In this document: piece after piece, positions 52,401-64,000 of the stretch
Layout of the letters: each line of letters opens with the position of its first letter
Numbering within the stretch: position 1 is the stretch's first letter
From: Raillietiella orientalis
Lineage: Eukaryota
DNA length: 64,000 bases
Assembly: GCA_036172245.1 (NCBI GenBank)
Contig: JAYWIR010000060.1
Location: forward strand, 62,001-126,000
Direction: 5' to 3'
Made by a program: the position numbers and the translations under genes
The notes under the pieces: generated by a model
Databases searched by the model: none
Told to the model about the DNA's origin: nothing
Seen by the model: the letters and a program-made list of their open reading frames with translations, nothing else

Positions 52401-53902
52401 ATGTCTCGAAACAAGCCGTAGTACAGTTTCGGAGTGGTGGTAGGAAGATCAAAGCGAAGTGGCTTCACTTCTTGGCACGAGTCGCCTTTGTGGAAAAGGA
52501 TGTTCCACAGTATATAAACAAATGAGGAATTTCAGTTTCGACACGACTCCTGCGCTGAAGACATAGAGTTTGGTAAGGAAATCAGGGGTGCCATCTCATC
52601 AGGAAAGTAGAGCAATCGACCTCCTTTCCTGGGTGCCGGTATAGAGTTTCAGCTTTGTTCTTTCCATTTTCAACTAAACAAGTGTGTTTTAAAATAAGGC
52701 ATTTATTTGATTTTTGTTTGTTTGTCTGTTTGTTTGTTTGCGTTTTTTATTTGTTCCCACTTCCTCTCTTTCCGTCCCGCGTCCGCGTGAGAAAGAGATC
52801 GGCAACTGCTGACCCGACGCATCTTCCTTTGCGAGAACCATCTCCTAGCAAAGCAGCCTCTGAGCTGATCATGCGTCTCCCTTCTTGTGTTCCATGATCT
52901 TTCGATGAAACGTGGGGCGTCAGCACCTTCTTTGGCGAGCATCCACAGGAGGACACCTGGTTTCCTCCGTGGCCTTGACTTTCCTGATCCCTCTTTCGCA
53001 AACCTTTCGCTGCTCTTCCAAAAGATCTGCGTAGAAAGCGTTCCGGCTTGCTGGAAAGTGAAGACTTTTGGTAGAAAGTAAGGTCTGAAGAGGGAGTTCT
53101 GACGTTTCTTCGGCTTTGCTAGAAAGCAAGAAGGGTTTCCACGATCGAACCAGGAAATTGGCTGCGTGTTGCAAACTCACACAAACAGGCAGTTCAGCTC
53201 TGTCCAATTTCGGTTGCCAGGTTTCCAATTCGGACTGCCCCATTTTGAGAGACGGCGAGGGGGGAGGGCCATTTGCAGCTGGCAGTTTCGTAGTGCGAGT
53301 TATATTTTTGGTTTTAAGAACAATTTCAAAAGTAGACTTTGGATGGCGACCGAGGAAAACGTCCATTTTTACGGAAGGTTGAAGTTGCGCGACCGATTCC
53401 GACCGGCAGACCGCCCCTGTTTCGGTCTTTCTTGTGTTAAGGTCAGTTGTCCGCAAGGACTTTTGCAGTCCAGAAGTGAACCCCGATAAACCGACGGCTC
53501 ACCCGCCCTCCGTTCCCATCCACCCTGAGTTTGATGCTTGCCGCTAAGAGAGGTGATCTCGTCGTAAAATCGGTCGAGTTTCCAAGGAACCCGCCAGGAG
53601 AAAGGACAAATCAGAATGCAGGTCGCTCAGTTCTTTTGGGTGCGTGGAATGCTTCTGCGTGCTATGCGAAGTGGTCGCGTCTCGATGTTTGCACTCGCGG
53701 TGACACCGACCTATGAAACCACCTCTGGCGGCGTCTCGCTTTGACGGGGCAAGCCAACGAGGGAAGCGAGGCAGCGCCACGAATGGAAGGCAAGTCTGGG
53801 GGAAACGGTTCCTGCAGACCGACATTCTAAGGAATCTGGTTCGCCAGGTCATTGTGTCCGCGTCGCTCTAGTTCGAGAGGTTCGACATTCGTTGTGGAAT
53901 CC

Positions 53903-55381
53903 ATGCAAACACTGGAACAGAAGGTGATCCTGAACATAGCGATCGAGTTATGGAAGAACCCAAAGATAAGGGACATGATAATGACCGTTCTGTCTGTGAA
54001 AAACTGTGCGACGAACGGAAGGCAGTGGCGGTCCATCGAGAACAAAGTGCTGAAGCTCCCAGAGAAACTCCCTATAACTGGTCCAATGAGAAAGCGAATC
54101 CAGGACCTCATCAAGCCTGTTGGAATCGAAATCCTAAACACCCTGTTGCTCCTCGGATGTGAGAGGTACCGCCTTCGTGTTTGCCAAGTCTATCACCCAC
54201 CGTGGTATTTCGACTTGGTCCTCGATCCCAACTTTGCCGCGTGTGAGTACCTGCAGAAGAACTGTATAAGCGACCTCGTCTGGACATCCCGAGGTACAGT
54301 AGACAGGCAGAGAACGGCCAAAGTTTTGCTGAGCAGGCAGCATGTGTCCATTCGTTACCGCTTCAAGGTGGCCTGCCTCTGCTGCTGCGAGGAATATGTG
54401 TACTCCTTGTGGCAGCAAATGAATTCAAACGACCAGTGGTATTTCCGCGTAGATATGCATCGCATGCCCGATCTTTTCACTTACTGGAGGAGGTACCTGA
54501 ACAATAGAGAGAAGAATCACGTGATAGATGACATCCAGCAAGCCCTCCGCTGCATATGTGAGGCGCTGATGGAAAACAACGACCTAGCACTTCAGTATTT
54601 TTGGCAGAAGATCACTTACCATCAGAGAACGTTTCAGTTGGAAAACTTCATGAGGAATGCCATCGACCACCTCAGCGTGGACGTCTTGTATTTCATGCTA
54701 CCTCAGTTAAACAGGCAAAAGGGAGACTCCATCTTCCGGAGCGATGGATACCGTATACTGAAGCTACTTTTCGAAACGTACCGGTGGCACGACGTTTTCC
54801 TGCCCACTCTGGAGCGTGTTTCGGGCATTCTCTCCAGGAAGCATTCTTTTAGTCTTCTGCTACTCATCGTGAAGAAAGTCAAGGATGATATTAGAAGGAG
54901 AGACAAATACAAAGTGATTCTAAGAAAGGTGTGGTGCCAGACTCCGGACCGTTTGAAGAAATACGCTCTTGATGACTTGAAACGTGCTTGGAGTTTGTTG
55001 AGAAAACTGTTTTACGCTGAAGATGAAGACAGCGTTAGGTTGATTCTGAGCGTCGAAGGAGTGGATTTCAAGAAAAGAATAGCTTATTCCGCACAAGGAA
55101 AGACTCTGTGCTGCGATTTACTTTGCAAAGGAAAATGGAGTTTGCTGCAGGCATTCATCGAAGGAACTCTTCCGTTAAAGGAAGACATCTACAAGTTCAA
55201 GATGGCATTGATTCGTGCGGCTAATACTCGTTGGAGATACAGTCTGAGGCATGAGAAGGACCTGGAGCAATTCCTGAGTTGGCGGTCCTCTTCCAAAGAG
55301 GAGACGGGGGGATTCATGCAAGCATTAGCTGATCGAAGAAGAGTAGGCGCGAACCAGGCTTCATATTTGAATAGCGAATGA
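53903..55381 (+). CDS. Intronless 492-aa uncharacterised protein, resembling a Wolbachia/arachnid hypothetical protein family
   Basis: Longest ORF in the window, ordinary globular composition in a moderate-GC region, AATAAA at 55926. Motifs LEQKVILNIAIELW, WRSIENKV, IKPVGIEIL, WTSRGTVDRQRTAKVL, RFKVACLCC. Family assignment is from recall, not a search; an upstream exon cannot be excluded. Confidence 0.8.
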   Translation: MQTLEQKVILNIAIELWKNPKIRDMIMTVLSVKNCATNGRQWRSIENKVLKLPEKLPITGPMRKRIQDLIKPVGIEILNTLLLLGCERYRLRVCQVYHPPWYFDLVLDPNFAACEYLQKNCISDLVWTSRGTVDRQRTAKVLLSRQHVSIRYRFKVACLCCCEEYVYSLWQQMNSNDQWYFRVDMHRMPDLFTYWRRYLNNREKNHVIDDIQQALRCICEALMENNDLALQYFWQKITYHQRTFQLENFMRNAIDHLSVDVLYFMLPQLNRQKGDSIFRSDGYRILKLLFETYRWHDVFLPTLERVSGILSRKHSFSLLLLIVKKVKDDIRRRDKYKVILRKVWCQTPDRLKKYALDDLKRAWSLLRKLFYAEDEDSVRLILSVEGVDFKKRIAYSAQGKTLCCDLLCKGKWSLLQAFIEGTLPLKEDIYKFKMALIRAANTRWRYSLRHEKDLEQFLSWRSSSKEETGGFMQALADRRRVGANQASYLNSE

Positions 55382-55925
55382 CAGTGGACGAAAATACTCA
55401 ATGGGAGAAGGAAAGTTGGATGGAAGTTGCGAAGCTGGAGAGATGGTTTTGCACGAAGGCTTCATCGTTATTGATGACGGAAAGATTCCAAGCAAGGAAC
55501 CTCGGTATATAACTGAAGAAAGCGGCAGGATAGAGGTGTATGTGGTTTGAATTTAGGTGCGTGTGAACTCTGTGGAGTCAGCTTTTCTTGCCGAAGGTTG
55601 AACACGAAACACAGCCCTCTTTGGAAGCGATCACAAACACCCCTAACTCCATCGATGATCTCTGTCGGTGCATTACTTCTATCCATGCAAAGCGTTCAGT
55701 TGCGGAAAGTTTTTCTTCTGGACGGTCACACTGTGGTGCTTGGAGAGTTCGGGATAGTCATCAAGGAGGTTTCCCCATAAAAGGCAAGAGGGAACTGAGA
55801 TTAAGAATTTGTCGGATAGGAAGCTTTGACTTCTTGATTTCCGTTATTCAAGAGATCCATTTTACTTTCCTTCCTACCCCATGAAACCAAATGATATTTT
55901 GATATATAATGACCAATGTCTTGAC

Positions 55926-55931
55926 AATAAA
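55926..55931 (+). terminator. Candidate polyadenylation signal for the 53903-55381 gene
   Basis: AATAAA followed by a T-rich tract. Confidence 0.5.
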
Positions 55932-58900
55932 ATTTACTTTTTAGCTCATAAGAGTCACTGATTTACTCACAAATGCACGAACTGAGGACTCTTAACACTA
56001 AGAGCATAGAAATAGTTCGTAAATAACGAGTGAAGATTCAGCATTCATTGCTTGCAATTTTTTTTCAATTTTTCCAATACCACGAAGCAAGCCAATTTGA
56101 CGAAAAGTGATTCCATAGAAGATGACATATAATAGTTGGATCTAATTTTACTTCTTCAAGTTAGAACTTCCTTGTCTGGACTGGGATGCGTTAGGTGTAG
56201 GTCGCACAAGCTGAAGCATGGGGTTACACACAGAATTCTCGTCTGTAAACCTATACTTGAGCGGGTGATGTCTTGTTTAAACGTCCTATCATCAGTTTTC
56301 TGTGTTGACTTTGTTTTAAATAAAAGCTCCTTGAATCTCCCTTTACCTGTCAACTTTCGAGGCACATCTGCTTGCAGATGAAAGCCGTTTCTTCCTTTCC
56401 TAGAAGCCATGACCGTGAGCTTGCGAAATGACTGAGATGTCTGCTCGGGAATTTCCACCTGGAATTAGGCGCGTCCCTTCGGAAACGCTGCTCCACGAAG
56501 ATGAGGATTCCGAGTTCAGCCGTTCTTCTCAATCTGCAAAAGCTCATGCTCCTCGAACTTGAAGCATGAGCTCTCTGAAGCTGAAAATCTACTCGATTAT
56601 TATCGAGTAGATTTTTCTGAAGGCGTGTAAGAGAACACTCTAAGAAGGAATTCCTTATCCTTGCACGCATCCTTGGACATTTTGAATTACCATCGCCGGA
56701 ACTGAAAAGGTGCACAGATACACTAGTTTTCTACTAATGTCCCACTTGAATTCTTTTCTTCCCAACTGATGCCTGGTAGTGAAATGGCGTGTTATTTTCC
56801 GAGGTTTTCAAGAAAACACCTGATGCCACAAGTGCACTACCATCACGGGTGTCACCCACGGATTCCTCTGCGCACTAGTAGCAACATCACTCAGAAGAAG
56901 GAATTTTCTCTACCAAATACATGCTGATAAAGTCTACCGGCCGACCTGCAGCACTTGAGAAAATCTCTCAAAGTAGATGCTGCTTTCATGAAGAAATCAG
57001 TAATTTCAAACATCTAGCTGAGATCGGACTGGAGAATCACGAGCCACTTAGATAGTGGTTGTGGATGGAACAGAAGGGAAGAAAAATTATGTAACGATCT
57101 AGTATAATGCACTATTAGGGAATAATTGTCAAAACAAACTTTGCCAAAGACCAAGAGGGTTATGGCCACACGAAGCTCAGCCGGAATGTTTGTTGGTTTT
57201 CGGTTTGCTTCTTTGTGCTTTCATGGTTATTTTTGATATGTTGAATTTTCTTTCGGGGTACACGGTACATTTGAAAAGAAAAAGTTGTGGTGTACAGTAT
57301 TTTCTTCAGCATTCAGTCAAGTTGATTCTTGAAAAAAATCAACAATGCTTTAAACATTTCGAAAAGATTTGATGCAATTTTAATTAAAGGAATAGGAATA
57401 ATAGTAACTGTATTAAATCTGAAGTAATGTCTGTTGTGCATAACTAAAATTCCTTCGAGTTCTTTTCTTAATAAACCAAGTGCCAGCTCAATTAGTTTTC
57501 ATGATCAGCATTACGATGGAATTTCATGAGCAGCCCTGCTTTTGTAAAGCGTCCAGGAAATTGGTTTCTGTTCTTCCCTTTCAGAATTTCTTACATCTAG
57601 GAAAGAGTATTTCTACTGTTGTTTGGAGAGTGATGCTGGGACCTTTAACTAATTCCAGAAGTCATGACTTTTCAGCATGCTGGTAACAGTTTCATGTGAA
57701 TAGGCTTTTTGCATCATTTGAAGACATTAAAGTATTATCCATTCAAAGACGTGTGTTTAAAGACAATTAATTGCATTATAAAAGGCTCTTTTTTTTTCAA
57801 GCAAACGTTCCAAATTATATGCTTGTAGATACTCTGTAATTTCCTATGGCATTATCAACAAATCATACCCACATTAACACGTGTGTTTATGCCTTTTCTG
57901 GTAATTCATAGAATAACAGACAAAGTTTTGCTGCTTTTTTTTTCAGTACCATTCATCAGTCTCTCAATTTTTATGATTTTTCCCTTTGTAGTTATTATTT
58001 GTTAATTTATTAAACACTCCAGTTGCTATTCAAGTTTTTTCTCACCACTGGACTGTCAGAAAAAGAAAAAAAAAAAACGACTTTCTGCATTGCAGTAATT
58101 TCTTACGCTATTTGATATGAAGCATTGAAAAACAAAAACAAAACCACTGTTTTTCCCCTCCATTGCTAGTTTGGCTAATTGTTTCATGAATAATATTGCA
58201 TGTAGCTTGCATGCCAATTATGAGGTGTATTTTTAATTTATTGGCCTTCATCATTTGCAGTTCACAAATGTGACCACTTTAATTAATAACGACACTTTAA
58301 GATTAGCCCAAAATTAAATTTCTCCTTCAACATAAGTTGTTTCTCAAGTAAATAGGTTCATCTTTAACATATGAATTTCTTCGCTTTCATTAATCCAGGA
58401 GTAATTTCATAGTACTTTTCACATGTAGAGGCATTCTACAGCGGTTACATCCTCCAAAGCTATCAGAAGAATCAGTAAACAGAAAGATCTTTGTTGAGTT
58501 GGAATACTTATATGTTTGAAGTCAACAACAAAAGTTAGGGTTGGAAGAAGCTTCAGAATACTGAGGTTCAGAAGCTCTTATCATCAAATGCAAAAAAACT
58601 TTAATGCTTTAATCCAGTGATCTGTTGAAAATTTTTACAAATCTTGACTTGAAACATCTGCTGCCCCAGCACTGACTCCAAAGCCCAAAGAAATCTGTTT
58701 GAGGAAATGAAAGATCTTTTGTGAGGAGATGGAGAATTGACTTCATGCTTTTGTTCATTCATTAAGACACAACGTAAAAGAAACTGATTTATATATGAAT
58801 GCGTGAATGCCTTGGAATGAGTGCAAAGGATGATGGAAAACTTACAATAAGATCACGTTGAACAAGCACTTTATTCAAGTGAACGACTTGGAAAAAATTA

Positions 58901-60242
58901 TATAAATACTCCAAAACTACTTGTGCACTTGTTTTTGAAACACACACCAACAGGACTCTCAAGCTGCTCATGCTTTCATTGGTGATGAAAGGGACTGTAA
59001 TGATTTCTTCGGCATAAGACGGGATTGAAGGGAAGAGTTTTGACATTCTGTATGTCATCTCAGGAGAATGGAAAATGTTTTTTCCATTTCGTAACTAGCA
59101 AGGCAAAATGCTGATTAAGCAAGCTTGTTATAACTGTACAGTAATAATTATTCGGTACCGGTTTCAGACCTTTTTTTTTTTTGGCTATTTGGCAATCAAA
59201 ACATAAATAGGAATGTCTCATGTTAATCACAAATAAAGATAAACGAATATGTAATCCTTTTGATAACCTCTATCTACATTTTCAAAGGCTTAATCCACTT
59301 TGGCTTGCGACGTGCTTGTTGTATCCTTTCCGGTTGCAGACCATGAGCCTGAGAAGAAACCATCAAGTTTTAAAAGTAACACTTATTCGTGACACTATGC
59401 ACAACCGTTATAAGACCAGGAAGTGATTGACTGGAGGAACACCGAGCTCCAGACAGAAGCTGAAACATCGGAGCGGCAGACTTTTACCAGAAACAAAAAA
59501 AAAAACCTTCACCACAGAGTGCAACAGAAAAAGTGGATGAAAAGTGTGCTGTGCACGGAAAGCAAGGACGAAATGTGTTCGGTAGGCTTGCCTTACACAC
59601 CGAGACGAAGGGAATTGCCAAACTATAAATTAATTCAGCTACGAATTAAAAGTGATGAAATGACATAAATGTGAAGCAACATCTGCTTCACTCTTGCCCT
59701 TGGATCCCCAAAAGGCAGCAGCGTCCTTGTGCCGACAGCAAATTCAACACCCTTTCTCGTGTCAGCATTTTCTCTCACTCTTATTATTCCTATCATGGAC
59801 ATAAGCAGCAAGCCATTAGCTTTATAGCATGATGAAAAAAGCTGCACAAACAGCTTCACCCAGTACTTGTTGATCCCTCGAAGGAGAACGGGGCACGATC
59901 GCATGGAAGAAGTCGTACCGGAGCACTCCCCAATCAGATACTGCTGAAAGAAGGTTATCCCCTGAGGATAGATCTTATTCGAACGTGGTGTTCTCATGTA
60001 ACAGAGCATTGCATGTGCCTTTAAAATTCTCCAGTGCTGCCCGGAACCGTCTATTGGACATCACGATCAAAGGTTGTGGGTCCAGTGAAAGTGGAATACC
60101 GATCCCCATAGCGGAACAGGCCATCCGTTGAAGAACGCTTCAAAGTCTACTTTTAATCAAAGGTAAGTCAGTGAAGTTTCTAAAACTAGGTCTCGTTTTT
60201 TTTTTCTTGGCAGAACAGCCTTCATGAGCTGCCTGGTCAGTG

Positions 60243-63200
60243 CTACATGTTCCACTGCACGCAGCGGCATAAGTTGGAAGGGCACACTCGGAAGACAGCC
60301 GACGCGCAGTTGATACGACACCAGTCATCGATTATTTTGATGTGTGCCATGTTTTCTTTAGGAGTCGCTTTAATGCAGGCTCTTCCCTTCATGGGAAATG
60401 GATTTACTGCAACATCCGTGACTGTGATGGTGGTGGTTCCATCCGTGGACGGGGGTGCTGTCGACGGGAACTCTTGTGTCGAGGGGGGTTGTGTTGAGGG
60501 AGGTTCTGTTGAGGGAGGTTCTGTTGGCAGAGGTTCCGTGGTCGAGGGAACAGTTGAGGGGAGCGTCGTCGAAGGCAGTTCGGTTTCTGTGGTTTCGACA
60601 GGCTCCAGAAGCAACAACGCATCGGTCCCTCCGGTATCAGGAGCAGCGTTACTTTCGGTTGTAGTAGATATGACTCTATGGAGACAGCCGAGGAGGAAAA
60701 AGTTGGCCGGCCGGTTGCATCGCTACCAAGACTTACATAGTGCTTTCTTCGACGATAGCAATGTCCGCACAAGCACGAAACGTTTCCTGGCGACCGCATC
60801 CGAGACCGATGCTTCCGTTCTCGCACCTGCCGAGTCCATACGCCGTCACGTGTTCCCACTGGAAAACACGACACACTTCACATGCTGACACTGCACGCGA
60901 ATATTCGCCCCGAACAAAGCAGGCAGGAGGAACGAAGGGGCGAGAAAGTATGACACGCTTTTCTTTTCTGTTTGAGCAAGAAGACGAACGGCATGAAGCA
61001 AAATACGAAGTGATGCCCGAGAAGAGATCAAAGAGAATTCAGTCGCAAAAGAAGATGCCTTGAATGAGGAGAGGATGTGCTCTCTCAAGACCAGGAAGGC
61101 TTTTGTCTCTGACTGTGAGGATGGAGGTAGCTGCTCAGAACGGTCGACGGGAGCAGGGGTATCCTCTGCAGCATTCTTTTTGCATCGAGCACCACCTCTA
61201 TAATTGGAGGAACGTTTTTCCTGCATCTTCAGAAGCGCGACCTCGGACTGAATGAAAGTGAAGGAGCCAAGGCGCTTCGTCGAAGAGTATGGAGGAAAGG
61301 GGAGAGAATAATCTGATCCATCAGTCCCAATGTCGGGACAACTAATCTTTCTCTGCGGAGAAACGCAGTCTCACTCCTTGAGCTTCGATTTGCTTCCGAG
61401 AGGTGTCAGGAGTCTGCATTTTCCAGATTCTTCGACGAGGACGGACTTGGCGAAACGCTGCTTCTTCTGCCTGCTTTGTAAGTGGAAATGCCTCGGAAGA
61501 TGCCCTTCCAGTGCAGTTTCTGCTTAAGCATGGATCATCCAGAAGCAAGGAAGCTGTGGACCGCGAGAGGGGTTGAGAGGTGTCGAGGGACTGGCACAGA
61601 TGGGGCCTCTCGCAGGCGACACACCTCCCATAACTTGCTTCTTGAGAGTTCTTCCCTTCGTAATTTGGGGAGTGGCACGGTTCTTCCTGATCCTTGGAAA
61701 GGTTGGGTTGAGAAGGCAAATTCCTGCTCGAGGTTTTTGCGGTCCTCGACAGCGCCACCTGGCGACGTTTTCCCAGAGTCACTCGAAGCAGCTAATTTCC
61801 GGCCACCCTTTTCCTCTGCGGATTCGCGGGTTCCCTCCCGCCTCCTCCTGCTCCCCCTCTCCCTATCCCGACCAGCCGAGATTATCCCTCCCGAGATAAT
61901 TCCCGGGGCGCATCTGGAGCGCTTCTCTTTCTCCCGAGGGCATCCCTGCTTCCTTGGCGACGCTAGTTGTGCACAGGAACCCAAGTGGATGAAGATGCTC
62001 TCCGACCCACACTCGGGGTAAGGGGTCCTGCCACTTCTCGTTTGATTACCCCTGTGGGAAATCCTGAAAGGCGTCTCCCGAAGAGAGGCGGTAACGGCGG
62101 CGGATCCTGGAAAGAGCGGAGGAGATACCGAGCAAAGGAAGGGAGGTAGTCCATCCCCAACGTCCCTAAAACGTCCTCTCTCTATTCCCAAGACCTTCAA
62201 AAGAAGGGGAGGCAGGAAGGGAGGGCGGCGACCTCACTACCGGCTCGCCGGCCTCCCTCCCACTGCCGCCTGCGCATTCATGGCTCTCTTCACGATAGGA
62301 GGAGCCGGTCCCTCCCCTTCCTCGCCGCTTTTCGACCGGAGACAGCAGGAAACAAGGAATAAAGGACAGGATGAGTTTTCTATTTTACCTCCCCCCTCTT
62401 TTACCTGGAGGACGCAGTGGCTGCAGGTCAAGTCAGCCGGTGGTTCTACCTTCAGAATGTAGACATCGCCGTCCTGAGGAGGAATTCGGTACTCCTCGCC
62501 CTCGTCGTTCCATATCTTCAACACGTTGCTAGGGGATGAAAGTGGTCTCGAGAAGGGCATGGTTTTCGCTTTAGCAATAGCAGCAGTTGTGGAATCGCCC
62601 TCATCGGGAAAGAAGGGGAAAGAAGAAGAAGCGCATTCGTGGTGCCACGAGTGACCCTCCGTCGGTTTGCGCGCGGTAGAGTGCGCACCGGGCGAATGGC
62701 CTCAGGGGATGAAGGTGAAGCGCCTTTTCCGGCTGCCACCTCCTCCGAACGGAAAGGAGGAAACGGGAAGGGGGAGGGGGAAGAGGTGGACGCGATGACG
62801 GGGAGGAGCAGGGATCCTCCGTTGCCGCCACCGCTTCCTGACTGCCCTCCCGCGCATGCGCCGAGGCGGAGGGGCTGCTGTTACAGAGGCAGACTTACGC
62901 GTCCAAGCACTCCTGGGTGGCATCGGATGAGGCTGCAGAAATATCACACAAGCGGAAGATGAAGTGACCCTGCGGGTTTGAGGTCAGGTGAACTTTCACC
63001 AGGATAGGCTGGAATCGAGAAGAGATTGGGAGATTCAGCGGAAAGGACGGGGTAGGGGCCGTAACCTCTCCCTTGCAGTAGGTCCTGACGATGGTCCCTT
63101 GGCCGTACGTGCCTCCCAACTCGTGGGGCCGGGGTTCAGGTGCATCGTAAGGATCGCCGCAGATCCCGCATTTACCCTGGTTGACGATCCAGTGGGTCTG

Positions 63201-63802
63201 AGAAGGAGCCGGTCGGCGTGTTACAACGAACGTACAGCGATACACCCCTTTGCTCCTCCCTCACCCCTTTCGGGGACGAGAACGGAGACCGCCGGAGCAG
63301 AGAAGAAGGGCAATGGACTTACCCAGAATCCTCCGCAGAACCCTTGCGTTTCTTCAGGATCGATGGGGACCGGGAAACCGAGGGAGCCCATGGACGCCCT
63401 GGATGGGGGTTCGATCATCCTTCCGTGGGCGCGGGCATGGCGCACCTGTCAAGAGGGAGAGAACTCCGTCCAGAGAAGCAGCTTCCGGGAGATGAGGGCT
63501 ATTTCCCCTTGTTCACGGCCCCGCTTCCAGGAACCCAGGGAAAACGCAAAGGAGGGAAAAGGAAGACGAGGAAAAGAGGATAGAGAAGGAGGAAGGGGAG
63601 AGGAAGAAGAAGGTGGAGGGGAATGAGGAAGAGAAAGGGATACGGGGGGAGAGAAGGAGAAGAGGCCTTACCAGGAACCTTCTTGAGGGTTGATGGGCTT
63701 CAGGAAACCGAGGGAACCGAATGCCCTTACCAGGAACCCGAGGAATGAGATCGCGAAGCCCGCGGCCACCAGAAACACACGCGATGTGCGGAGACCGCTC
63801 AT
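60243..63802 (-). CDS. AA15-family lytic polysaccharide monooxygenase-like (chitin-binding type-4 domain) protein, 371 aa. Exons 63802-63731, 63445-63323, 63197-63066, 63008-62899, 62528-62405, 60858-60737, 60675-60243
   Basis: Signal peptide MSGLRTSRVFLVAAGFAISFLGFLVRHARA then HGRMIEPPSRASM; FCGGF, GKCGICGDPY, PRPHELGGTYGQG, FRLC, TQECLD, LTCSHCVLQW, GCGRQETFRACADI; P/S/T linker; C-terminal WCRINC...CPSNLCRC. All introns GT-AG with consistent phases. Confidence 0.92.
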
Positions 63803-64000
63803 CTGCAGAGGTCTGCTGGAATGAGAAGAGGAGGAGGAGCACCTCGGTCGTTTCCCAGCGACGGCTCGTCCGCCCTGCCCGCCGCGACCTCTCCGACTGC
63901 TGTCTCCGTGTACGGTGCCGTTGCCTCCCTCCTAGCTGATGCAAGCGAAGGGAGGACTTCCTCCATTGGGAAACCCCTGCCGAGACCAAAGCGCGTCCCC

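Noticed and set aside
56100..59400. AT-rich block as a DNA transposon or second NUMT
   Set aside because: No terminal repeats, transposase motif or mitochondrial protein motif recognised.

Overview
Eukaryotic, intron-containing DNA, almost certainly arthropod (arthropod-type troponin C, AA15-type LPMO, invertebrate-mitochondrial NUMT); most six-frame ORFs are GC-rich noise. Spliced genes reconstructed by hand: troponin C (6 exons, 8885-18243, +), two GM2-activator/ML-domain genes (20915-22062 - and 40029-41173 +), two NUDT2/Ap4A hydrolase genes (27138-27636 + and 35813-36311 -), an AA15 LPMO-like gene (7 exons, 60243-63802, -), plus an intronless 492-aa ORF (53903-55381, +) resembling a family I recall from Wolbachia and spiders. 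The dominant structure is a ~23.5 kb palindrome (arms ~19268-29422 and 34027-~42821, 4.6 kb spacer), enclosed by a second 2.2 kb inverted pair (1297-3506 / 44088-46298). The arms are nearly identical except for sharp divergence islands. The strongest lies on the ligand-binding exons of the paired ML-domain genes: about 59% amino-acid identity, with 21 replacement codons against 1 silent codon in exon 2. This suggests a palindrome homogenised by gene conversion around a diversifying lipid-recognition gene pair. A mitochondrial ND4 fragment sits at an arm-specific breakpoint, and the LPMO lacks the second histidine of its copper brace. All counts are by hand; no searches were run.
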